This document shows positions 1-12,343 of a stretch of 64,000 nt of DNA, one piece after another (positions within the stretch are counted from its first letter, which is position 1; each line of letters starts with the position of its first letter). The notes below the pieces were generated by a model. It had not been told where the DNA came from, made no database searches, and saw nothing but the letters and a program-made list of their open reading frames with translations. A program made the position numbers and the translations under genes. Source of the stretch: a bacterium (GTDB taxonomy: Bacteria; UBA8248); NCBI GenBank assembly GCA_965204535.1, contig OZ241996.1:320001-384000 (forward strand), written 5' to 3'.

Positions 1-242
1 GCATCGCGAGCACCGAGGAGGCGAACAAGGTCGTCTTCGAAGTAGCTATCGGAGCAAACAAGATAGAGATAAAAAAAGCGGTGCAGGAGTTGTTCGGCGT
101 TACGGTGCTGAACGTGAACACGATGCGGGTGCCCGGCAAGAAGGTTCGCATGGGCCGTCACCAGGGCGTCAAGCCCGCATGGAAAAAAGCGATTGTGACG
201 CTTCGCGAAGGCGACACGATCGAATTTTTTGAATCTACCTAG
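1..242 (+). CDS. rplW: 50S ribosomal protein L23 (5'-truncated by window edge)
   Basis: Frame from nt 3 reads ...[40 protein letters not shown]...[20 protein letters not shown]; directly upstream of rplB. Confidence 0.95.
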   Translation, partial: IASTEEANKVVFEVAIGANKIEIKKAVQELFGVTVLNVNTMRVPGKKVRMGRHQGVKPAWKKAIVTLREGDTIEFFEST

Positions 243-259
243 ATTTTGAGGCGCGTGTC

Positions 260-1090
260 ATGCCGGTGAAAAAATACAAGCCGACTTCTCCGGGGCGGAG
301 GTTCCAGGACGTTCTCGTGCGGGACGAGATTACGACGGATCGGCCCGAGAAATCCCTGACCAAGGGGATGTCGAAATCCGGCGGACGGAACAACCGGGGC
401 CGCATCACCACCTATCAGAGGGGCGGAGGCCACAAGCGCCGCTACCGGGTGGTGGATTTTCGGCGCGAGAAAACCGGCGTGCCCGGCAAGGTGCGCTCGA
501 TCGAATATGATCCGAACCGCTCCGCGCGGTTGGCGCTCATCGTCTATCTCGACGGGGAGAAGCGCTACATCATCGCGCCCGATGGGCTGGAAGTGGGCGC
601 GACCATAAGCTCCGGGCCGGAGGCGGAAATCCGCGTCGGCAACGCGCTGCCCGTGGACCGGATTCCGCTGGGCACCACGTGCCACAACATCGAGATGAAG
701 CCGGGGCGCGGCGGGCAGATCGCCCGCAGCGCGGGCGTGAGCGCCCAGCTCATGGCGAAGGAGGGGAATTACGCGCAGTTTCGGCTCTCCTCCGGAGAGG
801 TCCGCATGATTCACCTTTCCTGCTACGCCACGATAGGCGAGGTGGGAAATTCGGACCACAGCAACGTGAGTCTCGGCAAGGCGGGGCGAAAGCGGTGGCT
901 GGGTCGTCGTCCCAACGTTCGCGGCGTGGCCATGAATCCGGTGGATCACCCGCTGGGTGGCGGCGAGGGCAAGAGTTCGGGAGGCAGGCACCCGGTGACA
1001 CCGTGGGGCAAGCCGACGAAAGGCTACAAGACGCGCAAGAAGGATAAGCCTTCTTCTAAATTCATCGTGCGGCGAAGAAAATCCAGGTAG
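260..1090 (+). CDS. rplB: 50S ribosomal protein L2
   Basis: [35 protein letters not shown] motifs; S10 operon position. Confidence 0.99.
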   Translation: MPVKKYKPTSPGRRFQDVLVRDEITTDRPEKSLTKGMSKSGGRNNRGRITTYQRGGGHKRRYRVVDFRREKTGVPGKVRSIEYDPNRSARLALIVYLDGEKRYIIAPDGLEVGATISSGPEAEIRVGNALPVDRIPLGTTCHNIEMKPGRGGQIARSAGVSAQLMAKEGNYAQFRLSSGEVRMIHLSCYATIGEVGNSDHSNVSLGKAGRKRWLGRRPNVRGVAMNPVDHPLGGGEGKSSGGRHPVTPWGKPTKGYKTRKKDKPSSKFIVRRRKSR

Positions 1091-1116
1091 CCGGATTTCA
1101 GGGAGATTGGATAGCG

Positions 1117-1401
1117 ATGCCACGTTCTCTTCACAAGGGCCCATTCGTAGATGCGCACCTCCGCAAGAAAGTGGAGGCGATGGACGAGAGCGGCGAGAAG
1201 CGGATGATCAGGACCTGGTCGAGGCGCTCCACCATTGTACCGGATTTCGTGGGCCATACGTTCGCCGTGCATAACGGCAAGAAATTCGTGCCCGTGTACG
1301 TGACGGAGAACATGGTGGGCTTCAAGCTCGGGGATTTTTCCCCCACCCGCACCTTCCGCTCGCATTCGGGAATGACGAAGCGGCAGGTTACGCTGAAGTA
1401 G
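1117..1401 (+). CDS. rpsS: 30S ribosomal protein S19
   Basis: [29 protein letters not shown]. Confidence 0.99.
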   Translation: MPRSLHKGPFVDAHLRKKVEAMDESGEKRMIRTWSRRSTIVPDFVGHTFAVHNGKKFVPVYVTENMVGFKLGDFSPTRTFRSHSGMTKRQVTLK

Positions 1402-1438
1402 GCTTTGGCGGGTCGGTCGAAACAGGCAAGGGAATGAC

Positions 1439-1774
1439 ATGTCGAAGGCGATTTTGAAATATCACCGCGCCAAGCCGCGCAAGACGCGCCAGATAGCGGA
1501 TATGATCCGCGGCAAGCGGGTGGCGGACGCTCTCAACCTGTTGCGCCTGTCCACGCGCTCATCGGCCAAGGTGGTGGAGAAGGTGCTTCTCTCCGCGCTC
1601 GCGAACGCCACCGACAAGGGGGAGCATGACGATCCCGAAGGTCTCATCGTGAAGAGCGTTCGGGTCGACGTGGGGCCGACGCTCAAGCGGTTCCGCGCCC
1701 GTGCGCGCGGGCGCATCGGCCGCGTCAAACACAGAAGTTGCCACATTCGCGTGGATATCGGCGAAGCGAATTAG
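1439..1774 (+). CDS. rplV: 50S ribosomal protein L22
   Basis: [25 protein letters not shown]; synteny. Confidence 0.98.
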   Translation: MSKAILKYHRAKPRKTRQIADMIRGKRVADALNLLRLSTRSSAKVVEKVLLSALANATDKGEHDDPEGLIVKSVRVDVGPTLKRFRARARGRIGRVKHRSCHIRVDIGEAN

Positions 1775-1784
1775 GGGGATACAA

Positions 1785-2447
1785 ATGGGTCAAAAAGTTC
1801 ACCCCATCGGTTTTCGGGTCGGCATCACCAGAGGCTGGAATTCGCACTGGTTCGCCAAGCACAATTTCGGCGACCTGCTTCTGGACGATCAGCGCATCCG
1901 CAAGTACGTGAAGGAGCGCCTCTCGCACGCAGGCGTGAGCAACGTGGAGATAGAGCGGGCGAGCGAGCGTGCGCGCATCAACATCTGGACGGCCCGGCCG
2001 GGCATCATCATCGGAAAGCGCGGTGCCGAGGTGGACAGGCTGAAGGCGGATCTGCAGGAACTCACCGGCAACCAGGTGAACGTGAACATCAAGGAAGTGC
2101 GAAAGGCCGAGATGGACGCCCAGCTCGTGGCCGAGAACATCGCCATGCAGCTCGAGCGCCGGATCGCCTTTCGCCGGGCGATGAAAAAAGCGGTGACCTC
2201 TGCCCTTCGCTTCGGCGCCAAGGGCGTGAAGATTCAGTGTTCCGGCAGGCTCGGGGGCGCCGAGATTGCGCGAACCGAGTGGTACCGGGAGGGCCGCGTG
2301 CCGCTTCAGACCCTTCGCGCGGACATCGACTACGGGTTCGCCGAAGGCAAGACGACATACGGAATCATCGGAGTGAAGGTCTGGATATTCAGGGGCGAGA
2401 TGATCCGGCAAGCGAGAAGAACGCCTTCCCAGACGCTGGGTTCGTAA
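1785..2447 (+). CDS. rpsC: 30S ribosomal protein S3
   Basis: Start moved to [11 protein letters not shown] (ATG 1785); [24 protein letters not shown]. Confidence 0.99.
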   Translation: MGQKVHPIGFRVGITRGWNSHWFAKHNFGDLLLDDQRIRKYVKERLSHAGVSNVEIERASERARINIWTARPGIIIGKRGAEVDRLKADLQELTGNQVNVNIKEVRKAEMDAQLVAENIAMQLERRIAFRRAMKKAVTSALRFGAKGVKIQCSGRLGGAEIARTEWYREGRVPLQTLRADIDYGFAEGKTTYGIIGVKVWIFRGEMIRQARRTPSQTLGS

Positions 2448-2467
2448 CAGGCGCTTAGGAGCGAGAC

Positions 2468-2875
2468 ATGCTGCAACCGAAAAGAACGAAGTTCAGAAAG
2501 ACGCAGAAGGGTCGTCTGGACGGCAAGGCCCAGCGCGGCTCGACGCTCTCGTTCGGCTCCTACGGGCTTCAAACCCTGGAGACGGCGCACATTACGGCGC
2601 GCCAGATCGAGGCGGCCCGCATCGCGATGACGCGCCACGTCAAGCGCGGTGGGCGGATATGGATTCGTCTTTTCCCCGATAAGCCCATGTGCAAGAAACC
2701 GGCCGAGGTTCGCATGGGCAAGGGCAAGGGTTCGCCCGAGTACTGGGTGGCGCCCGTGCGCGCGGGCAGGATTCTCTACGAGATGGACGGCGTCGCCGAC
2801 GATGTCGCCCGCGAGGCGCTGCGCCTGGCCGCCCAGAAGCTGCCGTGCAAAACCAGGATTGTAACCTCTTCCTGA
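2468..2875 (+). CDS. rplP: 50S ribosomal protein L16
   Basis: [27 protein letters not shown]. Confidence 0.99.
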   Translation: MLQPKRTKFRKTQKGRLDGKAQRGSTLSFGSYGLQTLETAHITARQIEAARIAMTRHVKRGGRIWIRLFPDKPMCKKPAEVRMGKGKGSPEYWVAPVRAGRILYEMDGVADDVAREALRLAAQKLPCKTRIVTSS

Positions 2876-2888
2876 GGGGGATGATGGC

Positions 2889-3110
2889 GTGAAATACGGC
2901 GAGGTCCTCGAACTGAGCGATGATGAACTCGGGTTCAAGGAGAACGAATTGCGTCAGGAGTTGTTCAACCTGCGTTTTCGAAAGGCGACGGGCCAACTGG
3001 ACAACACGGCGCGCATCGGACTGTTGAAGCGGGATTTGGCGCGGGTGTTGACTTCAAAGCGTGAGCGCGAAAGCGCGCAGGCCGCGGGCGCCGAGGGAGA
3101 GGGATCGTAG
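2889..3110 (+). CDS. rpmC: 50S ribosomal protein L29
   Basis: ELFNLRFRKATGQLDN..RI...KRDLARVLT. Confidence 0.97.
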   Translation: MKYGEVLELSDDELGFKENELRQELFNLRFRKATGQLDNTARIGLLKRDLARVLTSKRERESAQAAGAEGEGS

Positions 3111-3371
3111 ATGAGTGATGTTCGAGGCAGGCGGAAGGTTCGGGAAGGAAGAGTCGTAAGCGACGTGATGGACAAGACCGCCACCGTCGAGGTGGTGCGC
3201 ATGTTCAAGCATACGACCTTCAAGCGCGTCGTGCGCAGGCGAAAGAAATACCTGGTTCACGACGAGGAGAACTCACTCAATACGGGAGACAGGGTGCGCA
3301 TCATCGAAACCAGGCCGATGAGCCGGAGGAAGCGCTGGCGTCTTCTGGATGTAATCGAGCGCAGCAAGTAG
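3111..3371 (+). CDS. rpsQ: 30S ribosomal protein S17
   Basis: GRVVSD.MDKT, HDEEN, ETRPMSRRKRW. Confidence 0.98.
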   Translation: MSDVRGRRKVREGRVVSDVMDKTATVEVVRMFKHTTFKRVVRRRKKYLVHDEENSLNTGDRVRIIETRPMSRRKRWRLLDVIERSK

Positions 3372-3383
3372 GGAACCGAAAAA

Positions 3384-3752
3384 ATGATTCAGGTCGAAAC
3401 AATGTGCAGCGTGGCGGACAATTCGGGGGCGAAGCGCGCCCAGTGCATCAAGGTATTGGGCGGCTCGCGGCGGCGGTACGCGCGGATCGGCGACATCATC
3501 GTCGTGGCGATCAAGGAAGCCGTGCCGAACAGTCCCGTGAAAAAAGGAGAAGTCCGGCGCGCCGTCGTCGTTCGAACCGTCAAGGAGACCGGGCGCGAGG
3601 ACGGCACCTACATTCGCTTCGACGACAATGCCGTCGTCATCATCAATGAGGCGCGCGAACCGATGGGGACGCGCATTTTCGGGCCCGTGGCCCGCGAGTT
3701 GAGACGCAAGCGGTTCATGCGCATCGTTTCGCTCGCGCCTGAGGTTCTGTGA
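3384..3752 (+). CDS. rplN: 50S ribosomal protein L14
   Basis: [35 protein letters not shown]. Confidence 0.99.
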   Translation: MIQVETMCSVADNSGAKRAQCIKVLGGSRRRYARIGDIIVVAIKEAVPNSPVKKGEVRRAVVVRTVKETGREDGTYIRFDDNAVVIINEAREPMGTRIFGPVARELRRKRFMRIVSLAPEVL

Positions 3753-3760
3753 GGAACGAG

Positions 3761-4099
3761 ATGGGTTCGAGTTCAAAGAAAACGCATGTAAAAAAAGGCG
3801 ACATCGTTCAGGTGATCGCCGGACGCGAGAAGGGGAAGACCGGCAAGGTGCTCCAGGTGCTCAAGGATGAGAACCGTGTCATCGTCGAGAAGGTGAACAT
3901 CGTGAAGCGGCACACGAAGCCGAGCCAGGGGCAGCAGCAAGGCGGTATTCTGGAGCGGGAGGGCAAGATACATATTTCCAACGTCATGCCCGTGGACCCG
4001 AAGACCAACCAGCCTTCGCGGATTCGGAGAAAGCGGCTCGAAGACGGCGCGCATGTGCGCGTGACGCATAGCAGCGGCGAATTGCTCGATACGGTGTAG
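3761..4099 (+). CDS. rplX: 50S ribosomal protein L24
   Basis: [22 protein letters not shown] motif, IHISNV; ATG 3761 preferred over GTG 3749. Confidence 0.97.
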   Translation: MGSSSKKTHVKKGDIVQVIAGREKGKTGKVLQVLKDENRVIVEKVNIVKRHTKPSQGQQQGGILEREGKIHISNVMPVDPKTNQPSRIRRKRLEDGAHVRVTHSSGELLDTV

Positions 4100-4122
4100 A
4101 AGAAAGAAGGATTTGATTCGAA

Positions 4123-4674
4123 ATGGCGTACGTGCCCAGAATGTTGCAGCTTTATCGTGACGAAATCGTGGAAAAACTCCGCAAGGAGTTTGAATACGCC
4201 AACGTCATGCAGATTCCGCGGCTTGTGAAGGTCACTCTGAACATGGGTCTTGGGGAGGCCGTACAGAATGCGGCGACTCTGGAGAACGGCGTCGCCGAGT
4301 TGACGAGCATTGCGGGCCAGAAGCCCGTCATCACACGCGCGAGGAAATCCATCGCGAATTTCAAGCTGCGCGAGGGCATGCCCATCGGGGCGATGGTGAC
4401 GCTTCGCGGCGCGCGGATGTGGGATTTCGCGGACCGGCTGGTGAACGTGGCGCTCCCCCGCGTGCGCGATTTCAGGGGCTTGAGTCCAAAGTCTTTCGAC
4501 GGGCGCGGAAACTACAGCCTCGGGATACGCGAGCAGCTCATTTTCCCCGAAATCGATATCGACAAGGTGGAGAGATCCCGTGGCATCGGGGTGGTCCTGA
4601 ACACATCGGCGAACACGGATGAAGAGGGCAGGGCGCTGCTTCGCGAGTTGGGCGTCCCCTTCCGGGCGAGTTAA
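4123..4674 (+). CDS. rplE: 50S ribosomal protein L5
   Basis: [29 protein letters not shown]. Confidence 0.99.
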   Translation: MAYVPRMLQLYRDEIVEKLRKEFEYANVMQIPRLVKVTLNMGLGEAVQNAATLENGVAELTSIAGQKPVITRARKSIANFKLREGMPIGAMVTLRGARMWDFADRLVNVALPRVRDFRGLSPKSFDGRGNYSLGIREQLIFPEIDIDKVERSRGIGVVLNTSANTDEEGRALLRELGVPFRAS

Positions 4675-4685
4675 GAGGAAATACA

Positions 4686-4871
4686 GTGGCGAAAAAATGC
4701 TTGATTGCGAAACAGAAGAAGCCGCCCAAGTTCGGCGTGCGTGCGTATAACCGCTGCCAGCGTTGCGGACGTTCGCGAGGCTACTTGAGGCGTTTCAAGA
4801 TTTGTCGGATTTGTTTCCGTGAATTGGCGCTCAAGGGCGAAATTCCGGGAGTCACGAAGTCGAGTTGGTAG
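4686..4871 (+). CDS. rpsN: 30S ribosomal protein S14, zinc-binding 61-aa type Z
   Basis: RCQRCGR...[20 protein letters not shown]. Confidence 0.98.
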   Translation: MAKKCLIAKQKKPPKFGVRAYNRCQRCGRSRGYLRRFKICRICFRELALKGEIPGVTKSSW

Positions 4872-4887
4872 CCGGAGAACAAAGCGT

Positions 4888-5289
4888 ATGAGCATGACGG
4901 ATCCCATTGCCGATCTTCTGACGCGCATTCGCAATGCGGTGCGGGCGGGCCATGATAGCGTCGAGATTCCGGGCAGCGAACTCAAGGCGCGAGTCGTCGG
5001 AATCCTGAAGTCCCAGGGCTACATCAAGGGATACGATGTCGAACCGGGTCCGACGGGACAGACGCGGATCAAGGTGGCGCTCAAGCCGCCCCAGGACGGC
5101 AAGCTGGTGTTGAGCGGCCTCAAGCGCGTCAGCAAGCCCGGCCTCCGCGTGTACGTGGACAAGGAGTCGGTTCCCAAGGTGCTCAACGGCATGGGAATCG
5201 CCATTCTCACGACGTCGAGAGGCGTGGTGACGGATGAGGAAGCGAGGAACCTGGGGGTCGGCGGTGAAGTTCTCTGTGAAATTTGGTGA
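4888..5289 (+). CDS. rpsH: 30S ribosomal protein S8
   Basis: Start moved to MSMTDPIADLLTRIRNA; SKPGLRVY, GGEVLC. Confidence 0.99.
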   Translation: MSMTDPIADLLTRIRNAVRAGHDSVEIPGSELKARVVGILKSQGYIKGYDVEPGPTGQTRIKVALKPPQDGKLVLSGLKRVSKPGLRVYVDKESVPKVLNGMGIAILTTSRGVVTDEEARNLGVGGEVLCEIW

Positions 5290-5299
5290 GGTGGTTTGA

Positions 5300-5845
5300 A
5301 TGTCACGCATCGGAAAAATGCCGATTCCCATCCCCTCGGGCGTCGAAGCGAAGCTCGATGGACGGAAAATCTCCGTCAAAGGGCCCCTGGGCGAACTCGA
5401 CCTCGAGTTGCACCACAGGCCGAAGGTGGAGATAGATGACGGGAACATCGTCGTCACGCGCGTCAGCGAATCGCGCCAGGACAAATCGCTCCACGGCCTC
5501 ACGCGCTCGCTGATCGCCAATATGGTCGAAGGCGTGACGAAAGGGTTCGAGAAGGAACTCGAGATAATCGGCTTGGGATACCGCGTGGAGGCGAGGGGCG
5601 AGGGAGTCGTCCTGAACGTGGGATATTCGCATCCGGTGAGCATCGAACCGATCGAGGGCATCACCTTCGAGGTGCAGAGCGACCGCAACCGGACGGCGAT
5701 CAAGGTGAAGGGCATCGACAAGCAGTTGGTGGGCTGGGTGGCCGCCGAAATCCGCAAGGTGAAGCCCCCCGAGCCGTATAAGGGCAAGGGCATCCGCTAT
5801 GCGGGCGAGACGGTTCGCCGCAAGGTCGGCAAGGCCGGCGTGTAG
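5300..5845 (+). CDS. rplF: 50S ribosomal protein L6
   Basis: MSRIGK, KGPLGEL, PPEPYKGKGIRY. Confidence 0.99.
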   Translation: MSRIGKMPIPIPSGVEAKLDGRKISVKGPLGELDLELHHRPKVEIDDGNIVVTRVSESRQDKSLHGLTRSLIANMVEGVTKGFEKELEIIGLGYRVEARGEGVVLNVGYSHPVSIEPIEGITFEVQSDRNRTAIKVKGIDKQLVGWVAAEIRKVKPPEPYKGKGIRYAGETVRRKVGKAGV

Positions 5846-5862
5846 CGCGGGAGGTTTGAGAA

Positions 5863-6243
5863 GTGGGTCGATTGACGAAACTCGAGGCGAGGCGCAAGCG
5901 AAAGGTGAGAATCCGCAAGAAGAGCCGCGGAACGGGCGAGCGTCCTCGTTTGACGGTTTTCAGGAGCGATGGACACATCTACGCCCAGGTGATTGATGAC
6001 GTCTCGGGCCGGACCCTGGCCGCGGCCTCTTCGCGCGAGAAGAATTTCGCCTCCGAGGCGAAGGAAGTCGAAAACGCGGGCGGGAGCAACGTGGCGGGCG
6101 CCGCCATCGTCGGCAAGCTGCTGGCCGGTCGCGCGAAGGCCAAGGGTGTGGAAAAAGTGGTTTTCGATCGCAACGGCTATCTCTATCATGGCCGCGTGAA
6201 GGCGCTGGCCGACAGCGTGAGAGAGACGGGGGTGAGTTTCTGA
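5863..6243 (+). CDS. rplR: 50S ribosomal protein L18
   Basis: [37 protein letters not shown]. Confidence 0.99.
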   Translation: MGRLTKLEARRKRKVRIRKKSRGTGERPRLTVFRSDGHIYAQVIDDVSGRTLAAASSREKNFASEAKEVENAGGSNVAGAAIVGKLLAGRAKAKGVEKVVFDRNGYLYHGRVKALADSVRETGVSF

Positions 6244-6920
6244 TGGCGCGAGACGCAAGACGAGGCCGGGACAGGGAGCCGGAGAATCCTGAAGAGCGTG
6301 AATTCATCGACCGGGTCATCTACGTGAACCGCGTGGCCAAGGTGGTGAAGGGCGGCAGGCGCTTCAGTTTCAGCGCCCTGGTGACCGTCGGCGACAGGAA
6401 GGGCCAGGTCGGCATCGGAATGGGCAAGGCGAACGAGGTGCCCGAAGCCATCCGCAAGGGCGTGGAGAAGGCCCGCAAGGCGATGGTGAAGGTGGCCCTC
6501 GACCATGAGACCATCCCCCACCAGACGATGGGCAAATACGGCGCGGGCCGTGTGCTTCTCAAGCCGGCGGCGCGGGGAACGGGCGTCATCGCCGGCGGCC
6601 CCGTGCGCGCGGTTCTGGACGTCGCCGGGGTGCGCGACATATTGACGAAGTGCATCGGCACGAACAACCCGCACAATGCGGCCAAGGCGACGCTGCAGGG
6701 CTTGAGTTCGCTGCGCAACAAGGAAGAAGTTTTGGCGCTCCGGGGAATCGGCGTCGAAGATGACGCCGCCGAAGACGCAGAGACGGAGGACACCGAGACA
6801 GCGGCAGTAGAGGCGGAGGCCGCGGCGGAAGATGCCTTGGATAGCGGCGCCGCAGCCGACGAAGCAGGTGACGCCGACGATGCGAGCGATGACGAAGACG
6901 CCGGCGCGAAGGAAGAATAG
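6243..6920 (+). CDS. rpsE: 30S ribosomal protein S5 with long acidic C-terminal tail
   Basis: [33 protein letters not shown]; last ~55 aa are D/E/A-rich. Confidence 0.98.
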   Translation: MARDARRGRDREPENPEEREFIDRVIYVNRVAKVVKGGRRFSFSALVTVGDRKGQVGIGMGKANEVPEAIRKGVEKARKAMVKVALDHETIPHQTMGKYGAGRVLLKPAARGTGVIAGGPVRAVLDVAGVRDILTKCIGTNNPHNAAKATLQGLSSLRNKEEVLALRGIGVEDDAAEDAETEDTETAAVEAEAAAEDALDSGAAADEAGDADDASDDEDAGAKEE

Positions 6921-6928
6921 AGGGAAAG

Positions 6929-7117
6929 ATGGCGCAGGATAAGCTGAAAATCACCTTGAGAAAGAGCACTTCCGGTTCGAACGTGAAGCAGCGCGCCGTC
7001 TTGCATGGATTGGGCCTGAGGCGGATCAACCAGACGGTCGTGAAGGCGGACAACGCCTGCATTCGCGGCATGGTGTTCAAGATCAAGCATCTCGTAGAAG
7101 TGGAGGAGGGGGCCTAG
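6929..7117 (+). CDS. rpmD: 50S ribosomal protein L30
   Basis: [22 protein letters not shown]. Confidence 0.96.
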   Translation: MAQDKLKITLRKSTSGSNVKQRAVLHGLGLRRINQTVVKADNACIRGMVFKIKHLVEVEEGA

Positions 7118-7131
7118 CGCCCCGGGTTCAA

Positions 7132-7640
7132 ATGTCCGAGAACGACGCGACACCGGAAAATTCATATACGGGCCTGGGTGATTTGTCCTCCCCGGACGGG
7201 GCGGTGAAGGCCAGGCGGCGCGTGGGCCGCGGTACGGGCTCCGGAAGGGGCAAGACCTCCACACGCGGGCACAAGGGGCAGAAATCGCGTTCCGGCTACA
7301 GCCGAAAAGTCGGTTTCGAGGGTGGTCAGATGCCGCTCCAGCGCCGCTTGCCGAAGCGTGGGTTCAACAACCGCTTCAAAAAAGAGTTCTCCGAGTTGAA
7401 CGTGGGGCGTTTGGGCGTGCTGGCCGAGGGCGTGAACGCCGACGCGGACGCCCTGCGGGCCGCCGGCCTGATTCGAAAAGTAGCGAAAGACGGCGTCAAA
7501 ATCCTGGGTGAGGGCGAAGTGGATCGCGCGGTTCACCTCAAGGTCCAGAAATGCAGCGAATCGGCCCGCCGGAAAATCGAGAGCGCGGGCGGCAGCGTGG
7601 AGATCGTGGCCCTCGCGGCGAAGCCGGAGGATAAAAGCGA

Positions 7641-7644
<4 letters not shown>
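7132..7644 (+). CDS. rplO: 50S ribosomal protein L15
   Basis: RVGRGTGSGRGKTSTRGHKGQKSR, GFEGGQMPL.RRLPKRGF. Confidence 0.99.
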
Positions 7645-8963
<1,319 letters not shown>

Positions 8964-8964
8964 C

Positions 8965-9594
8965 GTGAAAATGATTCTTCTGGGCCCTCCGGGTTCGGGA
9001 AAAGGCACCCAGGGCGCTGCGCTCTCGAAATCCCTCCAGGTGCCCGAAATCTCGACGGGAGACATGTTGCGTCAGGCGGTGGAGGAGAAGACGGCGCTGG
9101 GCCAGCAGGTGGGGGATGTCATCAACCAGGGCTGCCTCGTGCCGGATGCGCTTATCATTTCGGTGATCGAGGAGCGCATTTCCCGGGCGGATTGCGGGCA
9201 TGGCTTCATCCTGGATGGTTTTCCCAGGACGATTGAGCAGGGCGAGGCCCTGGAGAGAGTCTTGCCGGACAGCGTGGATGTGGTTATCTATTTCAATGTG
9301 TCGAGCGAAGCCGTGGTGGCTCGCCTGGCGGGTAGACTCACCTGCAGGAAATGCGGCGCCGTCTATCCCAAGGTGGACACCTCGCTTTGCTCCGTTTGTG
9401 GAGGAGACCTCTACCAGCGCGAGGACGACATGACGAGCACTGTGCTCCGTCGCCTGGAACTGTACCGGGAGCATACCGAACCGTTGGTGGCGTTTTATCG
9501 CGACAAGGGCAAGCTCGCGGAGATCGACGGTGAGGGCAGCGTTGAGGAAATCGCGCAGAGGGTGGAGGAAGGTATTGCCCAGGTGCTTGCTTGA
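8965..9594 (+). CDS. adk: Adenylate kinase with zinc-type CxxC...CxxC lid
   Basis: GPPGSGKGTQ P-loop, STGDMLR, GFILDGFPRT, QREDD; start GTG 8965 or ATG 8971. Confidence 0.97.
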   Translation: MKMILLGPPGSGKGTQGAALSKSLQVPEISTGDMLRQAVEEKTALGQQVGDVINQGCLVPDALIISVIEERISRADCGHGFILDGFPRTIEQGEALERVLPDSVDVVIYFNVSSEAVVARLAGRLTCRKCGAVYPKVDTSLCSVCGGDLYQREDDMTSTVLRRLELYREHTEPLVAFYRDKGKLAEIDGEGSVEEIAQRVEEGIAQVLA

Positions 9595-10346
9595 TGGCTA
9601 TCATCCTTCGTTCGCGAAAAGAGATAGAGCGTTTACGGGCCAGCAACCGGGTGGTGATGAGCGTCATGGCGCAACTCAAAGAAGCGATTCGTCCGGGTGT
9701 CACGACGCTGGAGTTGGACGCCTTGGCGGAGCGGGTGATTCGGGAGCAAGGGGCCATACCTGCTTTCAAGGGGTACAGGGGCTATCGGCACACCATATGC
9801 GCTTCGATCAATGAAGAAGTAGTGCATGGGGTGCCCTCCGGGAAGAAACTCGAGGAAGGGGATATCGTCAGCGTGGATGTCGGGGCGAAATTGTATGGCT
9901 ACTATGGAGATCATGCCGTTACCTTTCCCGTGGGCGACGTTGATCCCGGGGCGAAGAAGCTCTTGAAATGCTGCGAGGAGTCCCTTTTCAAGGGTATCGA
10001 GCAGGCGAAACCGGGCAACCGGTTGTTTGATATTTCACACGCCGTGCAAAAGCACGCGGAAAACGCCGGGTTTTCGGTGGTACGCGCCTATGTGGGGCAT
10101 GGGGTGGGAACGAATCTTCACGAAGAACCCCAGGTTCCGAATTTCGGCGAACCCGGCACGGGGCCGGAACTGAAGGCGGGCATGGTTCTCGCGATTGAGC
10201 CGATGCTGAACATGGGTGTTCATGACGTGAAGGTTTTAAGCGATGAATGGACAGTCGTTACGGCGGACGAGAAACTCTCCGCGCATTTTGAACATTCCGT
10301 CGCCATCACCGAAGACGGCCCGGATATTCTGAGCCTGGCCGCATGA
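9591..10346 (+). CDS. map: Methionine aminopeptidase type I
   Basis: [41 protein letters not shown]. Confidence 0.98.
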   Translation: MMAIILRSRKEIERLRASNRVVMSVMAQLKEAIRPGVTTLELDALAERVIREQGAIPAFKGYRGYRHTICASINEEVVHGVPSGKKLEEGDIVSVDVGAKLYGYYGDHAVTFPVGDVDPGAKKLLKCCEESLFKGIEQAKPGNRLFDISHAVQKHAENAGFSVVRAYVGHGVGTNLHEEPQVPNFGEPGTGPELKAGMVLAIEPMLNMGVHDVKVLSDEWTVVTADEKLSAHFEHSVAITEDGPDILSLAA

Positions 10347-10630
10347 GGAGACCGCGCCGAGGGGGAAGCCGGAAGCAGAGAAAGCGCGATCAGGCAGAGC
10401 GCGAGGAGAGGGCTCCCAAGGAAGGCGTGATCGAGGTGGACGGGATCGTCGTGGAGCCTCTGCCGAACGCGATGTTTCGCGTTGAACTCGAAGGCGGCCA
10501 CAAGGTGTTGGCCCACATCTCGGGGAAAATGCGGATGCACTTCATCCGGATTCTCCCGGGAGACAACGTCAAGGTGGAGTTGTCCCCTTACGATTTGACG
10601 AGAGGGCGGATAACGAGCCGGTACAAGTAG
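10343..10630 (+). CDS. infA: Translation initiation factor IF-1 (start codon uncertain)
   Basis: [40 protein letters not shown]. Confidence 0.97.
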   Translation: MRRPRRGGSRKQRKRDQAEREERAPKEGVIEVDGIVVEPLPNAMFRVELEGGHKVLAHISGKMRMHFIRILPGDNVKVELSPYDLTRGRITSRYK

Positions 10631-10658
10631 GTTTTCAAGCGAGATTTGGAGTCGGGAA

Positions 10659-10772
10659 ATGAAGGTGAGGAGTTCCGTCAAGCCGATGTGTGACAAGTGC
10701 AAGGTCATCCGCCGCAAGGGTGTCGTGCGCGTCTTGTGCTCGAACCCCAAGCATAAACAGCGACAAGGCTGA
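10659..10772 (+). CDS. rpmJ: 50S ribosomal protein L36 (below ORF-track size cutoff)
   Basis: Read by eye: [37 protein letters not shown], 37 aa. Confidence 0.98.
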   Translation: MKVRSSVKPMCDKCKVIRRKGVVRVLCSNPKHKQRQG

Positions 10773-10803
10773 AGCGGCGGCGAGGAAATAGAGGAGAACG
10801 CGA

Positions 10804-11178
10804 ATGGCCCGTATTGCCGGAGTGGATATTCCCAACGACAAGAACGTCAACATCGCCTTGACGTACATCTATGGAATCGGGCGGACTTCCGCGAACAAGA
10901 TAGTGGAAGAAGCGAATATCAACACCTTCTCCAAGGTGAAGGACCTCTCCGAAGCCGAGGTGCAGACCTTGCGCGAGATTATCGAGCGCGGCTATGCGGT
11001 GGAGGGCGACTTGAGGAGCCGGGTGACGATGAACATCAAGCGATTGATGGACATCGGCACCTACCGGGGCCTCCGGCACCGCCGTGGATTGCCCGTTCGC
11101 GGGCAGAGAACCCACACGAATGCGCGCACCCGCAAAGGGCCGCGTAAGACGGTGGGCGCAAAGAAAAAAGACAACTGA
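10804..11178 (+). CDS. rpsM: 30S ribosomal protein S13
   Basis: [38 protein letters not shown]. Confidence 0.99.
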   Translation: MARIAGVDIPNDKNVNIALTYIYGIGRTSANKIVEEANINTFSKVKDLSEAEVQTLREIIERGYAVEGDLRSRVTMNIKRLMDIGTYRGLRHRRGLPVRGQRTHTNARTRKGPRKTVGAKKKDN

Positions 11179-11216
11179 TTTTTTTGATTTCGCCTCTATA
11201 GGGTAGGAGATTTCAA

Positions 11217-11618
11217 TTGGCGCAAGCGGGTAGAGGAAAACGCGGTGGAAAGCGCCGTCGTGAACGGAGAGCCATCGGCAAGGGACAGGCTCACATCCTG
11301 GCGACCTTCAACAACACCATGATATCGATCTCCGACACGGGCGGGAACGTGGTTTGCTGGTCGACGGCCGGCGGGCAGGGCTTCAAGGGTTCCCGGAAGA
11401 GCACGCCTTTCGCCGCGCAGATGGCTGCTGCGGATGTCGCCAAAAAAGCGTTGGACCTCGGCGTGACTTCGGTCGAGGTATACGTGAGCGGTCCGGGTTC
11501 CGGCCGGGAGGCGGCGATTCGCTCGCTGGCCGCGGCGGGGCTCGAGGTGAGTCTCATTCGTGACGTAACGCCTATTCCCCACAATGGTTGCCGACCGCGC
11601 AAGCGGCGTCGGGTCTAG
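11217..11618 (+). CDS. rpsK: 30S ribosomal protein S11
   Basis: [31 protein letters not shown]; TTG start. Confidence 0.99.
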   Translation: MAQAGRGKRGGKRRRERRAIGKGQAHILATFNNTMISISDTGGNVVCWSTAGGQGFKGSRKSTPFAAQMAAADVAKKALDLGVTSVEVYVSGPGSGREAAIRSLAAAGLEVSLIRDVTPIPHNGCRPRKRRRV

Positions 11619-11643
11619 GTCAAGGCAAGAGGGAGTCTGAATT

Positions 11644-12276
11644 TTGGCGCGATACAAAGATTCGGTTTGTCGGCTTTGCCGAAGAGAGGGAATGAAGCTC
11701 TTCCTGAAGGGCGACCGCTGCATCGGCGATAAATGCTCTTTCGAGAAACGGAGCTTTCCGCCGGGGCAGCATGGCGCGGCGCGTTCGCGCGGGAAACTGA
11801 GCGAATACGGGCTGCAGCTTCGCGAGAAACAAAAAGCGCGCCGGGTATACGGCGTGCTGGAGAAGCAGTTCCGGCTGTATTACAAAGAAGCCGCGCGGCG
11901 CAAGGGCGTCACCGGCGACAACCTGTTTTCTCTGCTCGAGTCCAGACTCGACAACGTCGTGTTCCGAGCGAGTTTCGCGGATTCGCGCAATCAGGCGCGT
12001 CAACTGGTGACTCACAACCACGTTCGGGTGAACGGCCGGAAGGTGAATCGCCCGGCGTTCGCCGTTCGCAAGGGCGACGTCGTCGAGATTAAAGAGAAAA
12101 GCAAGAAAATTGCGCTGATCGTGCAAAGCGCGGAAAAAGGGAAAGTGCGCGGCGCTCCCGCCTGGCTCGACGTGGACCACGCCGATCTTCAAGCGCGTGT
12201 TCTGGAGCCGCCCAATCTGGTCGACTCTCTGATTGACATCAACGTGCAGCAAATTGTGGAACTGTATTCCAAATAA
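11644..12276 (+). CDS. rpsD: 30S ribosomal protein S4
   Basis: [36 protein letters not shown]. Confidence 0.99.
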   Translation: MARYKDSVCRLCRREGMKLFLKGDRCIGDKCSFEKRSFPPGQHGAARSRGKLSEYGLQLREKQKARRVYGVLEKQFRLYYKEAARRKGVTGDNLFSLLESRLDNVVFRASFADSRNQARQLVTHNHVRVNGRKVNRPAFAVRKGDVVEIKEKSKKIALIVQSAEKGKVRGAPAWLDVDHADLQARVLEPPNLVDSLIDINVQQIVELYSK

Positions 12277-12343
12277 ATGACGAATTTGTTTCGACCTACT
12301 TGTTTCAAAAAGTGGTCAACCGCCGAACGGAGGACCAACGCAG

